A DNA stretch of 64,000 nucleotides from Propionibacterium sp. (GTDB lineage: Bacteria; Actinomycetota; Actinomycetes; Propionibacteriales; Propionibacteriaceae). Below the pieces are notes generated by a model. That model ran no database searches. It saw nothing but the letters and a program-made list of their open reading frames with translations, and was not told the DNA's origin. A program made the position numbers and the translations under genes. Shown piece after piece: positions 37,663-49,857 of the stretch (positions are counted from its first letter, which is position 1; each line of letters opens with the position of its first letter). Location of the stretch: the NCBI GenBank assembly GCA_012839035.1, contig DUOB01000039.1, forward strand, positions 245 through 64,244. Reading direction: 5' to 3'.

Positions 37663-38688
37663 ATGGTCGAACTGGGGCTGGACACATTCGGGGACGTGAC
37701 GGTGCGTGAGGACGGTACGCGCGAATCAGCCGCTCAGGTCATCCGCAATCTGATCGAGCAGGCGGTCCTCGCCGACGAGACCGGCGTCGACTTCATCGGA
37801 GTGGGAGAGCACCATCGCGACGACTTCGCGGTGTCCGCTCCGGAGATCGTGCTCGCCGGCATGGCGACGCGTACGCAACGGATCCGGCTCGGATCGGCGG
37901 TCACCGTGCTGAGTTCTGATGATCCCGTCCGCGTGTTCGAGCGCTTCTCGACTGTCGACGCACTGTCCAACGGCCGGGCCGAGGTCATCCTCGGACGTGG
38001 CTCGTTCGTCGAGTCCTTCCCGTTGTTCGGGTTCGATCTGGCGGACTACGAGGAGCTGTTCGCCGAGAAGCTCGACCTCTTCGCCCACCTCCTCGACGAG
38101 AAGCCTGTGACCTGGGAGGGGCGACTGCGGGCGCCACTGAAGAGCGCGGACGTGCATCCGAAAACCGAGAGTGGCTCGCTCAAGACGTGGATCGCGGTGG
38201 GCGGCTCGCCCCAGTCGGTGGTTCGTGCGGCGTCCTATCGCCTGCCGCTCATGCTGGCCATCATCGGCGGACCTGCTGATCGCTTTCGTCCCTTCGTGGA
38301 TCTCTATCGCCAGACGTTGGCTCAGATCGGCGGCGAGAGGCTGGCGGTGGGCGTCCACTCTCCGGGACACATCGCGCCCACGGATGACCAGGCCCGGGAC
38401 GAACTTTTCCCGCACTTCAAGGCGAACAGGGACCGTATCGGGGCCGAACGCGGCTGGCCGCCGGTTGGGCGCGGCGAGTTCGACCGCGAGATCGACAGGG
38501 GCGCGCTCTATGTCGGCTCACCCGACACCGTGGCGCACAAGATCGCCGACACCGTGCGGACGCTCGATCTCGATCGATTCGATCTCAAATACAGCAATGG
38601 ACCAATGCCCCATGCGCAGTCGATGCGCGCGATCGAGCTCTATGGCACCCGCGTGATCCCACGCGTCCGCGATCTGCTGGCGCAGTGA
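37663..38688 (+). CDS. LLM-class (luciferase-like) flavin-dependent oxidoreductase
   Basis: MVELGLDTFGDVT...GVDFIGVGEHH... is typical of the LLM family. ATG follows AGGGGAGAGG. Confidence 0.8.
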   Translation: MVELGLDTFGDVTVREDGTRESAAQVIRNLIEQAVLADETGVDFIGVGEHHRDDFAVSAPEIVLAGMATRTQRIRLGSAVTVLSSDDPVRVFERFSTVDALSNGRAEVILGRGSFVESFPLFGFDLADYEELFAEKLDLFAHLLDEKPVTWEGRLRAPLKSADVHPKTESGSLKTWIAVGGSPQSVVRAASYRLPLMLAIIGGPADRFRPFVDLYRQTLAQIGGERLAVGVHSPGHIAPTDDQARDELFPHFKANRDRIGAERGWPPVGRGEFDREIDRGALYVGSPDTVAHKIADTVRTLDLDRFDLKYSNGPMPHAQSMRAIELYGTRVIPRVRDLLAQ

Positions 38689-38689
38689 G

Positions 38690-38733
38690 CGTCCCGGCCG
38701 CGCCGCTCGGGGGGCGCGGCTGCGGCCGGGACG
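38690..38733 (+). terminator. G+C-rich hairpin after the LLM gene (terminator without U-tract)
   Basis: CGTCCCGGCCGC...GCGGCCGGGACG forms a 12-bp perfect outer stem with further inner pairing. It starts 2 nt after the stop. Confidence 0.5.
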
Positions 38734-38864
38734 TACCTCGATGGTACGTCGATGGAGTGAACAACAGGATCGATCCACCCCAAAGTAGGTATCCATTTAT
38801 CGACTTATGGCTAGGCTGGGACAGGTCCGATCGGTTAGCCGCTCGATGCGGCTGCCCCATTTCA

Positions 38865-41066
<2,202 letters not shown>

Positions 41067-41113
41067 GCCGACCGGTCACAGAGCACACCGAGCACGCAGA
41101 GCGGGGCGGAGCG

Positions 41114-41791
41114 ATGGAGTCGACCGTCGGTGCGGTATGGGGCGTCGTCCCCGCAAGGAACGAGGAAGAACTGATCGGTGCCTGCCTCGACTCGCTCCGC
41201 CGCGCCATGGACCGGGTCTCCGTCCCGGTCGCGGTCACCGTTGTCCTCGATGACTGCACCGACGCCACCGCCGCCCGCATCCCATCGTGGGTGCGGGCGG
41301 TTGTGGTGCGCCATCGCAGCGCCGGCGCAGCCAGGAGGGCCGGGTTCCGGGATGCGCCCGCCGGATCCGGTGTTTGGTACGCCACCACCGACGCTGATTC
41401 CCTCGTCCCACCCACCTGGTTCGAGGGCATCCAGGCGTCGGCGGAAGCGGGCCATGACGTGCGTGCGGGCACCGTTGTCGTGGCGGACCGGCTCGACCGG
41501 GACGCCGACGTCATCAGCCGGCACGACGCCGCCTATCGCCAGGGCGCCGACCACCGCCACATCCACGGCGCGAACCTGGCGCTGTCCGCCGACTCCTATC
41601 ACGCCATAGGCGGGTTCCGTGCGCTCCCCGAGCACGAGGACGTGGATCTCATCGCCCGCTGCCTGGCGGGTGGCCGCTCCGTCGACTGGTCCGCGACGAC
41701 GCCCGTCGCCACCTCCGCCCGGCGGGACAACCGCGTTTCTGCGGGATTCGGCGGACACCTCACGCGGCTGGAGGAGGAATTCACCTCATGA
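41114..41791 (+). CDS. Family 2 glycosyltransferase (short, single GT-A domain)
   Basis: VVPARNEEELIGACLDSL..., VVLDDCTDAT and TDADS (DxD) motifs. 225 aa; 47 nt after the katE stop with no hairpin in between. Confidence 0.8.
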   Translation: MESTVGAVWGVVPARNEEELIGACLDSLRRAMDRVSVPVAVTVVLDDCTDATAARIPSWVRAVVVRHRSAGAARRAGFRDAPAGSGVWYATTDADSLVPPTWFEGIQASAEAGHDVRAGTVVVADRLDRDADVISRHDAAYRQGADHRHIHGANLALSADSYHAIGGFRALPEHEDVDLIARCLAGGRSVDWSATTPVATSARRDNRVSAGFGGHLTRLEEEFTS

Positions 41792-42753
41792 GGCCGGAGA
41801 CGGCACCCGACGCCGCCGATGTCGCAGGCTTGGTCCGAGCACGCCTCGCCGAGGCGACCGACCTGCCTGTGCCGGGGAAGGGGCGCACCGCGGAGAGGTG
41901 GCGTATCCTCACGGCTTGGTCCCACGACCATCTCGTCGTCGGTCGCCTGCTTGAGGCGCACGCGGACGCGGCCGCAATCCTGGCCGAGCTCGGTCAGGCG
42001 GCTCCGGAGCCGGGGCAGTGGTGGGGTGTGTGGGCGGCGGAACCACCACACCCGCGCGTGCTGGGCGTACGCAAGGACGCCACCCACTGGACCCTCACCG
42101 GGACCAAGCCATGGTGCTCCGGGGCCGGTTGGTGCACCCACGCGCTCGTCACCGTGCGCGACGCCGATGACCCGGACGAACGCCATCTGGTCGCGGTCGA
42201 CCTCGCTCACCACGGTGTGCGCATCGAGCGGCGATGGGCGAACGCGGGCATGGCGGACAGCCGGACCTGGTCCGTCCACTTCGATGAGGTGCCGGCACAC
42301 CACGTGGCACCGGGGTCGGGATATCTCGACCGGCCGGGGTTCTGGCACGGCGGAGCGGGCGTGGCGGCGTGCTGGCTCGGTGGGGCGTACGCGGTCGCGG
42401 ATCGTCTTCTCAGCATCCGCCGTGATGATCCACTGACACGCGCCCATGCCGGCCGGGTCGATGCGGCCCTCACGGCGGCCCGCTGGGCCCTGATGGCAGC
42501 CGCGGGCGAGCTGGACGCCGATCCCGATGATCCGCACACCGCCCGCATCAGAGCACTGCGGGTTCGGGCGTTGATCGAACGCACCGCGGCCGCTGTCATC
42601 GACGATGTCGGCAGGGCTCTGGGCGCCGGACCGCTCTGTCAGGACGCGGCGCACGCGGCGGTGGTGGCCGACCTGTCCGTCTATATCCGCCAGAGTCATG
42701 GTGACCGCGACCTCGCAGCTCTCGGCGCGCTCGTGCTGGGTCAGGACCCATGA
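41788..42753 (+). CDS. Acyl-CoA dehydrogenase-family protein (short, 321 aa)
   Basis: Middle beta-domain-like segment (WTLTGTKPWCSGAG) and C-terminal helical-domain-like segment (GGAGVAACWLGGAYAVADRLL). ATGA overlap on both sides. Confidence 0.7.
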   Translation: MRPETAPDAADVAGLVRARLAEATDLPVPGKGRTAERWRILTAWSHDHLVVGRLLEAHADAAAILAELGQAAPEPGQWWGVWAAEPPHPRVLGVRKDATHWTLTGTKPWCSGAGWCTHALVTVRDADDPDERHLVAVDLAHHGVRIERRWANAGMADSRTWSVHFDEVPAHHVAPGSGYLDRPGFWHGGAGVAACWLGGAYAVADRLLSIRRDDPLTRAHAGRVDAALTAARWALMAAAGELDADPDDPHTARIRALRVRALIERTAAAVIDDVGRALGAGPLCQDAAHAAVVADLSVYIRQSHGDRDLAALGALVLGQDP

Positions 42754-43508
42754 GTGATGCCACGTCGCGCGCATTCGTCGTGGGGGAGGGCGACCGCGGC
42801 ACTCCCGCCTCCATCTGGCGGGCCTGGCGCCCGGAGCTGCCGGAGCTGCAGTGCGACCACTGGAGTCGCGTGGTCGTCATCGCTGCCCACCCCGACGACG
42901 ATGTGCTCGGCGTGGGCGCCCTGCTGGCTCGCCTGGCCGCGGGAGGGACCGAGGTGGTGAGTGTGCAGCTGACCGACGGGACGGCCGCCTATCCGGGTTC
43001 CCCGTCCATCACGCCGGGGGAGCTGGGTCGGGTGCGGGTGGCGGAGGCGCGGACCGCGTACGTGCGGCTCGGGCTCTCCCTGCCGCTGCGCTGTGAGCTG
43101 CCGGACGGCCGGCTGTTCGAGCACGAGGACGAGATCGTCGAGCGCTTGCGTCCACTGGCCCGGCCGGGGGATCGATGGCTCGCCCCGTGGCGACACGACA
43201 GGCACCCGGACCACGAGGCAGCCGGGCGGGCAGCGGCGCGCGTCTGCGCGGAGGCTGCCGATGCAGAGCTGTGGGAGTACCCCGTCTGGATGTGGCACTG
43301 GGCGCACCCGACCGACAACGGGGTGGGGTGGGACTCCGCGTACCTCCACCGCCTCACCCCTACCCAGCGCCACCACAAGCGGCGTGCTGCGCAGGCCTTC
43401 CGGTCCCAACTCGAGGCGCGCTCCGAGGACCCGGCCGATGCGCCGGTCGTGCCGCCCTTCGCGTTCGAGCGTCTCGTCTCGCCCCGGGAGCTGTTGTTCC
43501 GTGGGTGA
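42750..43508 (+). CDS. PIG-L/LmbE-family N-acetylglucosaminyl deacetylase
   Basis: VVVIAAHPDDDVLGVG and HPDHEAAG zinc-site motifs; ATGA overlap with the upstream gene. Confidence 0.8.
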   Translation: MSDATSRAFVVGEGDRGTPASIWRAWRPELPELQCDHWSRVVVIAAHPDDDVLGVGALLARLAAGGTEVVSVQLTDGTAAYPGSPSITPGELGRVRVAEARTAYVRLGLSLPLRCELPDGRLFEHEDEIVERLRPLARPGDRWLAPWRHDRHPDHEAAGRAAARVCAEAADAELWEYPVWMWHWAHPTDNGVGWDSAYLHRLTPTQRHHKRRAAQAFRSQLEARSEDPADAPVVPPFAFERLVSPRELLFRG

Positions 43509-44091
43509 GGAATGGTTGTGGGATCAGTACGCGCAGTCCCCGGATCCCTGGGGTTTCGATGAGCGGTGGTATGAGCAGCGGAAGTACGCCCTCACCCTTG
43601 CTGCGCTGCCCCGCCGGCGCTACCGCCGGGTGTTCGAGCCGGGCTGCTCCATCGGTGCACTGACGGAACGGCTCGCAGAACGTGCCGACCACGTGCTCGC
43701 GTGTGACCTGGTGCCGACGGCGGTGGAGCGAGCCCGTCGGCGGCTTGCGGACCTGCCGGGCGTGACCGTGCACGAGTGGGATGCCCGGGCTCCTTGGCCG
43801 GGCACGGATTTCGATCTGGTGGTGGTGAGCGAGCTGCTCTACTACCTGACGGTTGCCCAGGCGCGCGCCTTCTGCGATCTCCTTCTGCAGCACCTCGCGG
43901 AGGATGGGCACGTTGTTGGGGTTCACTGGCGGCGACCGGCGGATCCGCATGTGCTCACCGGTGACGAGGCGGACCGTGTCCTGCGGGACACCGGACTGCC
44001 CGTCCTGGCGACCTGGGGCGACGAGGATTTCGTGCTGACCGTGCTCGGACGCGATGCGCGATCCGTGGCGGCCGTCGAGGGTCTTGTGTGA
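43501..44091 (+). CDS. Class I SAM-dependent methyltransferase, NodS-like
   Basis: DPWGFDERWYEQRKY..., SAM motif VFEPGCSIGALTERLA, and FDLVVVSELLYYL, the pattern I associate with NodS-type N-methyltransferases. GTG at 43501 overlaps the PIG-L stop (TTG 43516 is an alternative). Confidence 0.75.
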   Translation: MGEEWLWDQYAQSPDPWGFDERWYEQRKYALTLAALPRRRYRRVFEPGCSIGALTERLAERADHVLACDLVPTAVERARRRLADLPGVTVHEWDARAPWPGTDFDLVVVSELLYYLTVAQARAFCDLLLQHLAEDGHVVGVHWRRPADPHVLTGDEADRVLRDTGLPVLATWGDEDFVLTVLGRDARSVAAVEGLV

Positions 44092-44196
44092 GGCTTCCGG
44101 CCGGATGGTGGAGAGGAGTCCAGGGAATCCGCTGTAGCTGTCAGCCGGGTTGGCTAGCCTCGGAAGGGAACGTTCACTTCAACCGAGGAGGCTGGC

Positions 44197-45084
44197 ATGA
44201 ACAAAGAACAAGCGCAGCGGATGACCAACGACAAGGGCTTTATCGCCGCCCTGGACCAGAGCGGGGGCAGCACGCCCAAGGCGCTCCGTCTCTACGGGGT
44301 CGAGGAGAGCGAATATTCCGGTGAGGAGGAGATGTTCGATCTCATCCACCAGATGCGGACGCGGATCATCACGAGCCCGTCCTTCACCGGGGAGAAGGTG
44401 CTCGCCGCGATTCTCTTCGAGCAGACCATGGATCGCTCGATCGAGGACCTCGACACGGCGAAATATCTGTGGGAGAAGAAGAACGTCGTCCCGATCCTCA
44501 AGGTCGACAAGGGCCTCGCCGACGAGACCGACGGCATGCAGCTGATGAAGCCGATGCCGCAGCTCGACGAGCTTCTCGATCGAGCAGTCGAGAAGGGCAT
44601 CTTCGGCACCAAGATGCGTTCCGTGATCTCCGCCGCCTCGGCGTCCGGCATCAAGGCCAACGTCGATCAGCAGTTCGAGGTCGGCGCGGCCATCCTTGCG
44701 AAGGGTCTCGTCCCGATCATCGAGCCCGAGGTCAGCATCAACGCCGACGACAAGGTCCAGATCGAGAACATCCTCCTCGAGGAGATCGCGGCACACCTCG
44801 ACAAGGTGCCCTCCGAGCAGCAGGTCATGTTGAAGCTGACGATCCCGACGCAGGCCAACCTCTATGCACCGCTGATCGCACACCCGCGGGTCATGCGTGT
44901 CGTGGCACTGTCCGGCGGTTACAGCCGGGAGGAGTCCAACAAGCTGCTCGCCGAGAACAGGGGCCTCATCGCGAGCTTCTCCCGGGCCCTCACCGAGGGG
45001 CTCAGCGCCCAGCAGAGCGACAAGGAATTCGACGACGTCCTGGCCGAGTCCATCGACTCGATCTATCAGGCGTCGATCACCTGA
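44197..45084 (+). CDS. fda: Class I fructose-bisphosphate aldolase
   Basis: [30 protein letters not shown]...KVDKGL...IIEPEV...[12 protein letters not shown] closely follows Gram-positive class I Fda. GAGGAGG SD. Confidence 0.9.
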   Translation: MNKEQAQRMTNDKGFIAALDQSGGSTPKALRLYGVEESEYSGEEEMFDLIHQMRTRIITSPSFTGEKVLAAILFEQTMDRSIEDLDTAKYLWEKKNVVPILKVDKGLADETDGMQLMKPMPQLDELLDRAVEKGIFGTKMRSVISAASASGIKANVDQQFEVGAAILAKGLVPIIEPEVSINADDKVQIENILLEEIAAHLDKVPSEQQVMLKLTIPTQANLYAPLIAHPRVMRVVALSGGYSREESNKLLAENRGLIASFSRALTEGLSAQQSDKEFDDVLAESIDSIYQASIT

Positions 45085-45139
45085 CGTCCAGCGGGCCCCG
45101 GCCTCCGCGCGTGCGGCGGCCGGGACATCGGGGGCCGGA

Positions 45140-46069
45140 TCAGTGCGACTCGCGCGCCGACTTGCGGTGCACGGTGAGCCGGTCCGGCCCAACGCCGTCC
45201 AGGCCAACGCCGGCCTCGCCGGCTTCGACCTTCGCGGCGTGGTCGGGGACCTCGTGCTGGAGTTCCTTCTCCATCCGCTGATAACCCGTCGACGGGGGCC
45301 GCTCGGGCAGTTCCAGCTCCGGCGTCTCGATGACTTCCCAGTCGATCGACTCCAGGAGGTGGGAGATCATGTTCACCCGCGCCCGACGCTTGTCCTCCGA
45401 TTCCACCACGTTCCAGCGCGCTTCCGGGATGTCGGTGTGGACCATCATCTCGTCCTTGGAACGCGAATAGGCCTCCCAGCGCGTCAACGACTCCAGGTCG
45501 GTCGGGGAGAGCTTCCAACGCCGCATCGGGTCCGTCAGTCGCGAACGGAAGCGGTTCTCCTGCTCGACGTCGGACACCGAGAACCAATATTTGCGGAGGA
45601 TGATCCCGTCCTCGACCAGCAGTCGTTCGAAGATCGGGCACTGGTGGAGGAAGCGCCGATATTCCTCGGCCGTGCAATAGCCCATGACGCGCTCGACCCC
45701 GGCGCGGTTGTACCAGGACCGGTCGAACAGGACGATTTCACCGGCGGCCGGCAGGTTCTCCACGTAGCGCTGGAAATACCACTGCGTCTTCTGCCGTTCG
45801 GTCGGCGTGGGAAGCGCCACGATCGAGGCGATGCGCGGGTTGAGATATTCCGTGACGCGCTTGATCGCGCCACCCTTGCCCGCGGCGTCGCGTCCCTCGA
45901 ACACGATGACGACGCGCTGACCCGTGGCCTTGACCCACTCCTGCAGCTTGACCAGTTCCCCCTGCAGGCGGAACAGCTCCGCCTCATAGAGGTGCTTGTT
46001 CATCCGCTTGATCTTCTGGCCGTTCTTCTCAGAGCCCTTGCCGGTGTCCTTGTCCTCGTTCTTGGCCAT
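45140..46069 (-). CDS. ppk2: Polyphosphate kinase 2
   Basis: YEAELFRLQGELVKLQEW...VIVFEGRDAAGKGG (P-loop)...FDRSWYNRAGVERVMG. 18 nt downstream of treY on the same strand. Confidence 0.9.
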   Translation of the reverse strand: MAKNEDKDTGKGSEKNGQKIKRMNKHLYEAELFRLQGELVKLQEWVKATGQRVVIVFEGRDAAGKGGAIKRVTEYLNPRIASIVALPTPTERQKTQWYFQRYVENLPAAGEIVLFDRSWYNRAGVERVMGYCTAEEYRRFLHQCPIFERLLVEDGIILRKYWFSVSDVEQENRFRSRLTDPMRRWKLSPTDLESLTRWEAYSRSKDEMMVHTDIPEARWNVVESEDKRRARVNMISHLLESIDWEVIETPELELPERPPSTGYQRMEKELQHEVPDHAAKVEAGEAGVGLDGVGPDRLTVHRKSARESH

Positions 46070-46087
46070 TCCCGCAGCGTACCTGCG

Positions 46088-48403
46088 TCACACCCCGCGC
46101 GCGACCGGACTTTGGTCCCGCACAAGCAGAGCGACCGGGAAATGTCGGAACAGCTCGGCCGGCCGGGTGGGGCCCTCGTGCGTGGTTCCGGTCAGCACAT
46201 CCCGCCAGACCCCATCGAGCGGCAGTTCCGTGTCGCCCCAGCCGGCATGGTCGGTCGACAGCGTGTACGGGAATCGGGTGACCGCCGTGATCGCGCCACC
46301 GCGGTCGAACGCGAGGAGATGGTGGCCGGCGGTGCCAGTGGCGACCACTGGGGCGTACGAACGGAACAACTCGGGCCGCTCCCGCCGCAGCCGCAGCGCA
46401 TGGCGGACCACCCAGAACTTGGCGGCACCGGTCTCATCGACCCACGGCGGCTCGGTCATGTCGAGCAGCCGCCGGCGCGCGTTGAAATCCACCGGGCGCC
46501 GGTTGTCGGGGTCGACGAGGGAGTCCTCCCAGAGTTCGGTGCCCTGATAGACGTCGGGTACGCCGGGCATGGTCAGCTGCACGAGCTTCTGCCCGAGTGA
46601 ATTGGACCATCCCGGCTGTTGGATCTGGGTCCAGAGCCGCTCGAGACCGTCACGGAGATATTCGTCATCGCACGCCAGGTCGACCGCCGCGTGGACGCGG
46701 CCTTCGAACTCCTCGTCCGGAGCGGTCCACGTGGTCCCGTCGGCGGCTTCGCGCATGGCTTTCTCCGCGTACGCGTGCAACCGCTCCCGCTCGATCGGCC
46801 CTGCGCCGAGCAGGGTCTGCCCGAGGAGGTTCGCGAAGGACCGGTTCGGGATGCCGGAACGGTCGATGAACGTCTCGAGCCACGGGGTGGCGAGGTCGCG
46901 CAGCTCGGCGAGCACGGCCAGGCGCGCGCGGACGTCCTCCCCACGCTTGGTGTCGTGGGTGGAGAGCGCCGTCATCGACTCGGGGAGCCGCTTCTGCCGG
47001 GTCTCCATCGCGGCGTGGAAGTCCTTGAGCAGGAGACCGAAATTCGCGGGGTTGCCGCCGACCTCGTTGAGCGCGATGAACCGGTTGGCTCGGTAATAGG
47101 CGGTGTCCTCCACGCCCTTCGCCATGACGGCGCCCGAGTACTGCTGGAAGCGCCGCGCGAGCTCCTGCTCCGGGTCGGCGAGGAGTTCCACGAGCGCGTT
47201 CATGGTGTCCGCGGTGAAGGCGCCCCGGGGGTCGCGCAGGGCGGCCTCCGCAGCCTCCTTCAGATAATCCACGCCTTCCGGCACATAGGAGCGATAAACC
47301 TCGAAATGTGCGGTGAGCGAGACGAGCGCTGCCCGGACCTCCTCCGCGGGCAAACCGGAGGCCAGCGTCACGAGCCGATCGAGCTCGGCCGGGAGCAGTT
47401 CGGTGCCGGCCATGACCTTGCCGATCACAATGTGCTCGGCCAAGCTCTTCCCGTCCCCCACGATCTCGGTCTGGAACCGGGTGAAGGTCTCCTCGCCGGC
47501 GGGGTCGACGAACACCTGGTTGACCTCGGTCATCGCGTCATAGCCGGAGGTGCCGTGAATCGGCCAGTCCGCGGGGAGTGCTTCGCCATGTTCCAGGATC
47601 TTCTCGGCAATGAGCCACGTGCCCGGGGCGATGTCGGCCAGCCACTCGAAATAGCCCTTCGGATCCACCAGCCCGTCCGGATGGTCCACCCGAAGGGCAT
47701 CGACATCACCGTCGGCGACCATCTGCAGGATCCGGGCGTGGGTGGCGTCGCGGACCACGGGATCCTCCTGGCGTACCCCCGCCAGGGTTGTCACCGCGAA
47801 GAAGCGTCGATAGTTCAACTCAGTGTTCGCGGTCTTCCAGTGCGCCAGGCGGTAGTGCTGCCGCGAGTGGACCTCGGCGACGGAGTCGCCGTCGGAGTAG
47901 GTCCCCTCCGCCACCGGGAAGCGATGCTCGTGATAGCGCAGTTCGTGCCCCGCTCCCTCGGCTGCCGGTTCGATCGTCACCGCGTCGAGACCGTCGTCAC
48001 CCAGCACGGGGACGAGGACCGGGGCGCGATTCCAGTCGATGTCGAACCAGGCGGAGTAGGCGGAGTCCCTGCCCTCGGCCAGGACGCTCCACCAGGCGGG
48101 ATTCTCCGCGGGGGCCGAGATGCCGAGGTGGTTGGGCACGATGTCCAGCACGACCTTGAGGCCCTTGTCGCGGGCGGCCTCGACGAGAGCACGCCAACCG
48201 TCCTCACCACCGCGGGCAGGGTCGATGGTGGTGGGGTCCACCGTGTCGTAGCCATGGTCGGAATCCGTCGTGGCGGTGAGGACGGGGGAGAGATAGACGG
48301 CGTCGATCCCCAACTCGACCAGATAGTCGGTCAGGTCGGCCGCATCCTGCAGCGTGAGGGAAGGCCTTATCTGGAGGCGATATGTCGAGGTGGGTGCGAT
48401 CAC
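46088..48403 (-). CDS. treY: Malto-oligosyltrehalose synthase
   Basis: STYRLQI...DYLVELGIDAVYLSPVL...LDIVPNH...LRVDHPDGL; 771 aa; GTG start. Confidence 0.9.
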   Translation of the reverse strand: MIAPTSTYRLQIRPSLTLQDAADLTDYLVELGIDAVYLSPVLTATTDSDHGYDTVDPTTIDPARGGEDGWRALVEAARDKGLKVVLDIVPNHLGISAPAENPAWWSVLAEGRDSAYSAWFDIDWNRAPVLVPVLGDDGLDAVTIEPAAEGAGHELRYHEHRFPVAEGTYSDGDSVAEVHSRQHYRLAHWKTANTELNYRRFFAVTTLAGVRQEDPVVRDATHARILQMVADGDVDALRVDHPDGLVDPKGYFEWLADIAPGTWLIAEKILEHGEALPADWPIHGTSGYDAMTEVNQVFVDPAGEETFTRFQTEIVGDGKSLAEHIVIGKVMAGTELLPAELDRLVTLASGLPAEEVRAALVSLTAHFEVYRSYVPEGVDYLKEAAEAALRDPRGAFTADTMNALVELLADPEQELARRFQQYSGAVMAKGVEDTAYYRANRFIALNEVGGNPANFGLLLKDFHAAMETRQKRLPESMTALSTHDTKRGEDVRARLAVLAELRDLATPWLETFIDRSGIPNRSFANLLGQTLLGAGPIERERLHAYAEKAMREAADGTTWTAPDEEFEGRVHAAVDLACDDEYLRDGLERLWTQIQQPGWSNSLGQKLVQLTMPGVPDVYQGTELWEDSLVDPDNRRPVDFNARRRLLDMTEPPWVDETGAAKFWVVRHALRLRRERPELFRSYAPVVATGTAGHHLLAFDRGGAITAVTRFPYTLSTDHAGWGDTELPLDGVWRDVLTGTTHEGPTRPAELFRHFPVALLVRDQSPVARGV

Positions 48404-48494
48404 GCAACCACCCTATGCCTCGCCGGTGGTCCGAGCCGGTGCATCCCGCGGCCGGTTCGGGGAGTGCCATGTCCCCAGGTGGGAGGATGGGGCA

Positions 48495-49832
48495 ATGTGG
48501 GCGACACAGCTACCCGAGGCGAGTTATCTGACGCGCATGTCCGACGGCACGGTGAAACAGATCAACCCGTTCACCGGCTCCGACGTGTGGACCGTCCCCG
48601 GTCGCGGCAACCGACCGCTCGGGATCGTGCGGCCGGAACGCCGTCCCCTGGCGCCCGGCCAGCATGCGGTCTATTGCGCGTTCTGCTCCGAGCGCTATCT
48701 CGAGACTCCGCCGGAGAAGGCGCGGGTGGTGCGTGAGGGTGAGTCGTGGCGTACGCTCCGTCGCCTCCCCGCCGAAGAACTCTTCACGACGACTGCGGAA
48801 TTCCGCCGCATTCCGAACCTCTTCGAGATCCTGTCGTTCGACTACTGGCACCAGAACTATGGCTATGAGATCCCGGACGACATCCGCCAGCGTCAAGCGG
48901 CCTATCTCTCCACGGAGGCGGGTCTGGAGCACGTCTGCGCGGTTGTGAAGCAGCGGCTGACCGCCGGCGGGATGTCGGAGATCGAGTGGGAACAGATGTC
49001 AACCGCCGACAAGTTGGAGCGGGCGACGGGCTTCTTCGGGGGTACGCACGATGTGATCGTCGCCCGGCGCCACTTCGTGGACGACGCAACCCACGATCAC
49101 CAGTTGGCCTCCTCCGGGACCCTGACGCCCGAGGAACATCTCGCCTATATCGCCTTCACCGTCGAGTCCATGCGCTCCCTGTATGAGGCGAATCGCTATG
49201 CGCGCTATGTCTCGGTGTTCCAGAACTGGTTGAAGCCGGCAGGCGCGTCCTTCGATCACCTGCACAAGCAGTTGGTGGCGATCGACGAGCGTGGCGTACA
49301 GATCGAGCTGGAGCTGTCCCGGCTCCGGGCCAACCACAACCTGTTCAACGAGGCGGCGGTGAATTATGCGGCCTATCAGAATCTGATCGTCGCGGAGAAT
49401 GACCATGCGGTCGTGTTCGCAGGGTTCGGGCACCGCTATCCCACCCTGGAGATCTATTCGAAATCCGCCGCTCCCGAACCGTGGTTGCACAGTGCGGAGG
49501 AACTCGAGGCCATGTCGAACCTCATCCATGCCTGTCACGCCGCCACCGGCGCCGACGTGCCGAGCAATGAGGAATGGCACCACAAGCCGATGGACGTGGA
49601 CATGCCGATGCCGTGGCGGGTGATGCTCAAATGGCGGGTCTCGACGCTGGCGGGCTTCGAGGGCGGCACGAAGATCTATCTCAACACCATTGATCCGTGG
49701 ATGCTCCGGGACCGGGTCGTGCCGGAGCTCTTCCGCCTCCGCACGGAGGGCAGGATCGCGGCCGACACCCGCATCGCCATCGAGTGCGAGTGCCGGCCGA
49801 ACTGCCTGCGCTACAACCCCCTTCTGCGCTGA
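48495..49832 (+). CDS. GalT-like (HIT-superfamily branch III) nucleotidyltransferase/phosphorylase of uncertain specificity
   Basis: Cys pair YCAFCSE and His-x-His-x-Gln motif (FDHLHKQ), as in galactose-1-P uridylyltransferase. 445 aa; GGGAGGATGGGG SD. It resembles proteins I recall being labelled DUF4921. Confidence 0.65.
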   Translation: MWATQLPEASYLTRMSDGTVKQINPFTGSDVWTVPGRGNRPLGIVRPERRPLAPGQHAVYCAFCSERYLETPPEKARVVREGESWRTLRRLPAEELFTTTAEFRRIPNLFEILSFDYWHQNYGYEIPDDIRQRQAAYLSTEAGLEHVCAVVKQRLTAGGMSEIEWEQMSTADKLERATGFFGGTHDVIVARRHFVDDATHDHQLASSGTLTPEEHLAYIAFTVESMRSLYEANRYARYVSVFQNWLKPAGASFDHLHKQLVAIDERGVQIELELSRLRANHNLFNEAAVNYAAYQNLIVAENDHAVVFAGFGHRYPTLEIYSKSAAPEPWLHSAEELEAMSNLIHACHAATGADVPSNEEWHHKPMDVDMPMPWRVMLKWRVSTLAGFEGGTKIYLNTIDPWMLRDRVVPELFRLRTEGRIAADTRIAIECECRPNCLRYNPLLR

Positions 49833-49857
49833 CGCGTGCGGCCCGGGGGATTGCAGG

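Noticed and set aside
38835-38854. Inverted repeat AGCCGC-TCGAT-GCGGCT upstream of katE as a possible peroxide-regulator operator
   Set aside because: It is only a 6-bp G+C arm, which is expected by chance at this base composition, and I cannot match it to a known PerR, CatR or OxyR box.
46619-48736. 705-aa + strand ORF opposite treY
   Set aside because: Antisense shadow of treY. It also runs through the treY/GalT-like divergent promoter region.
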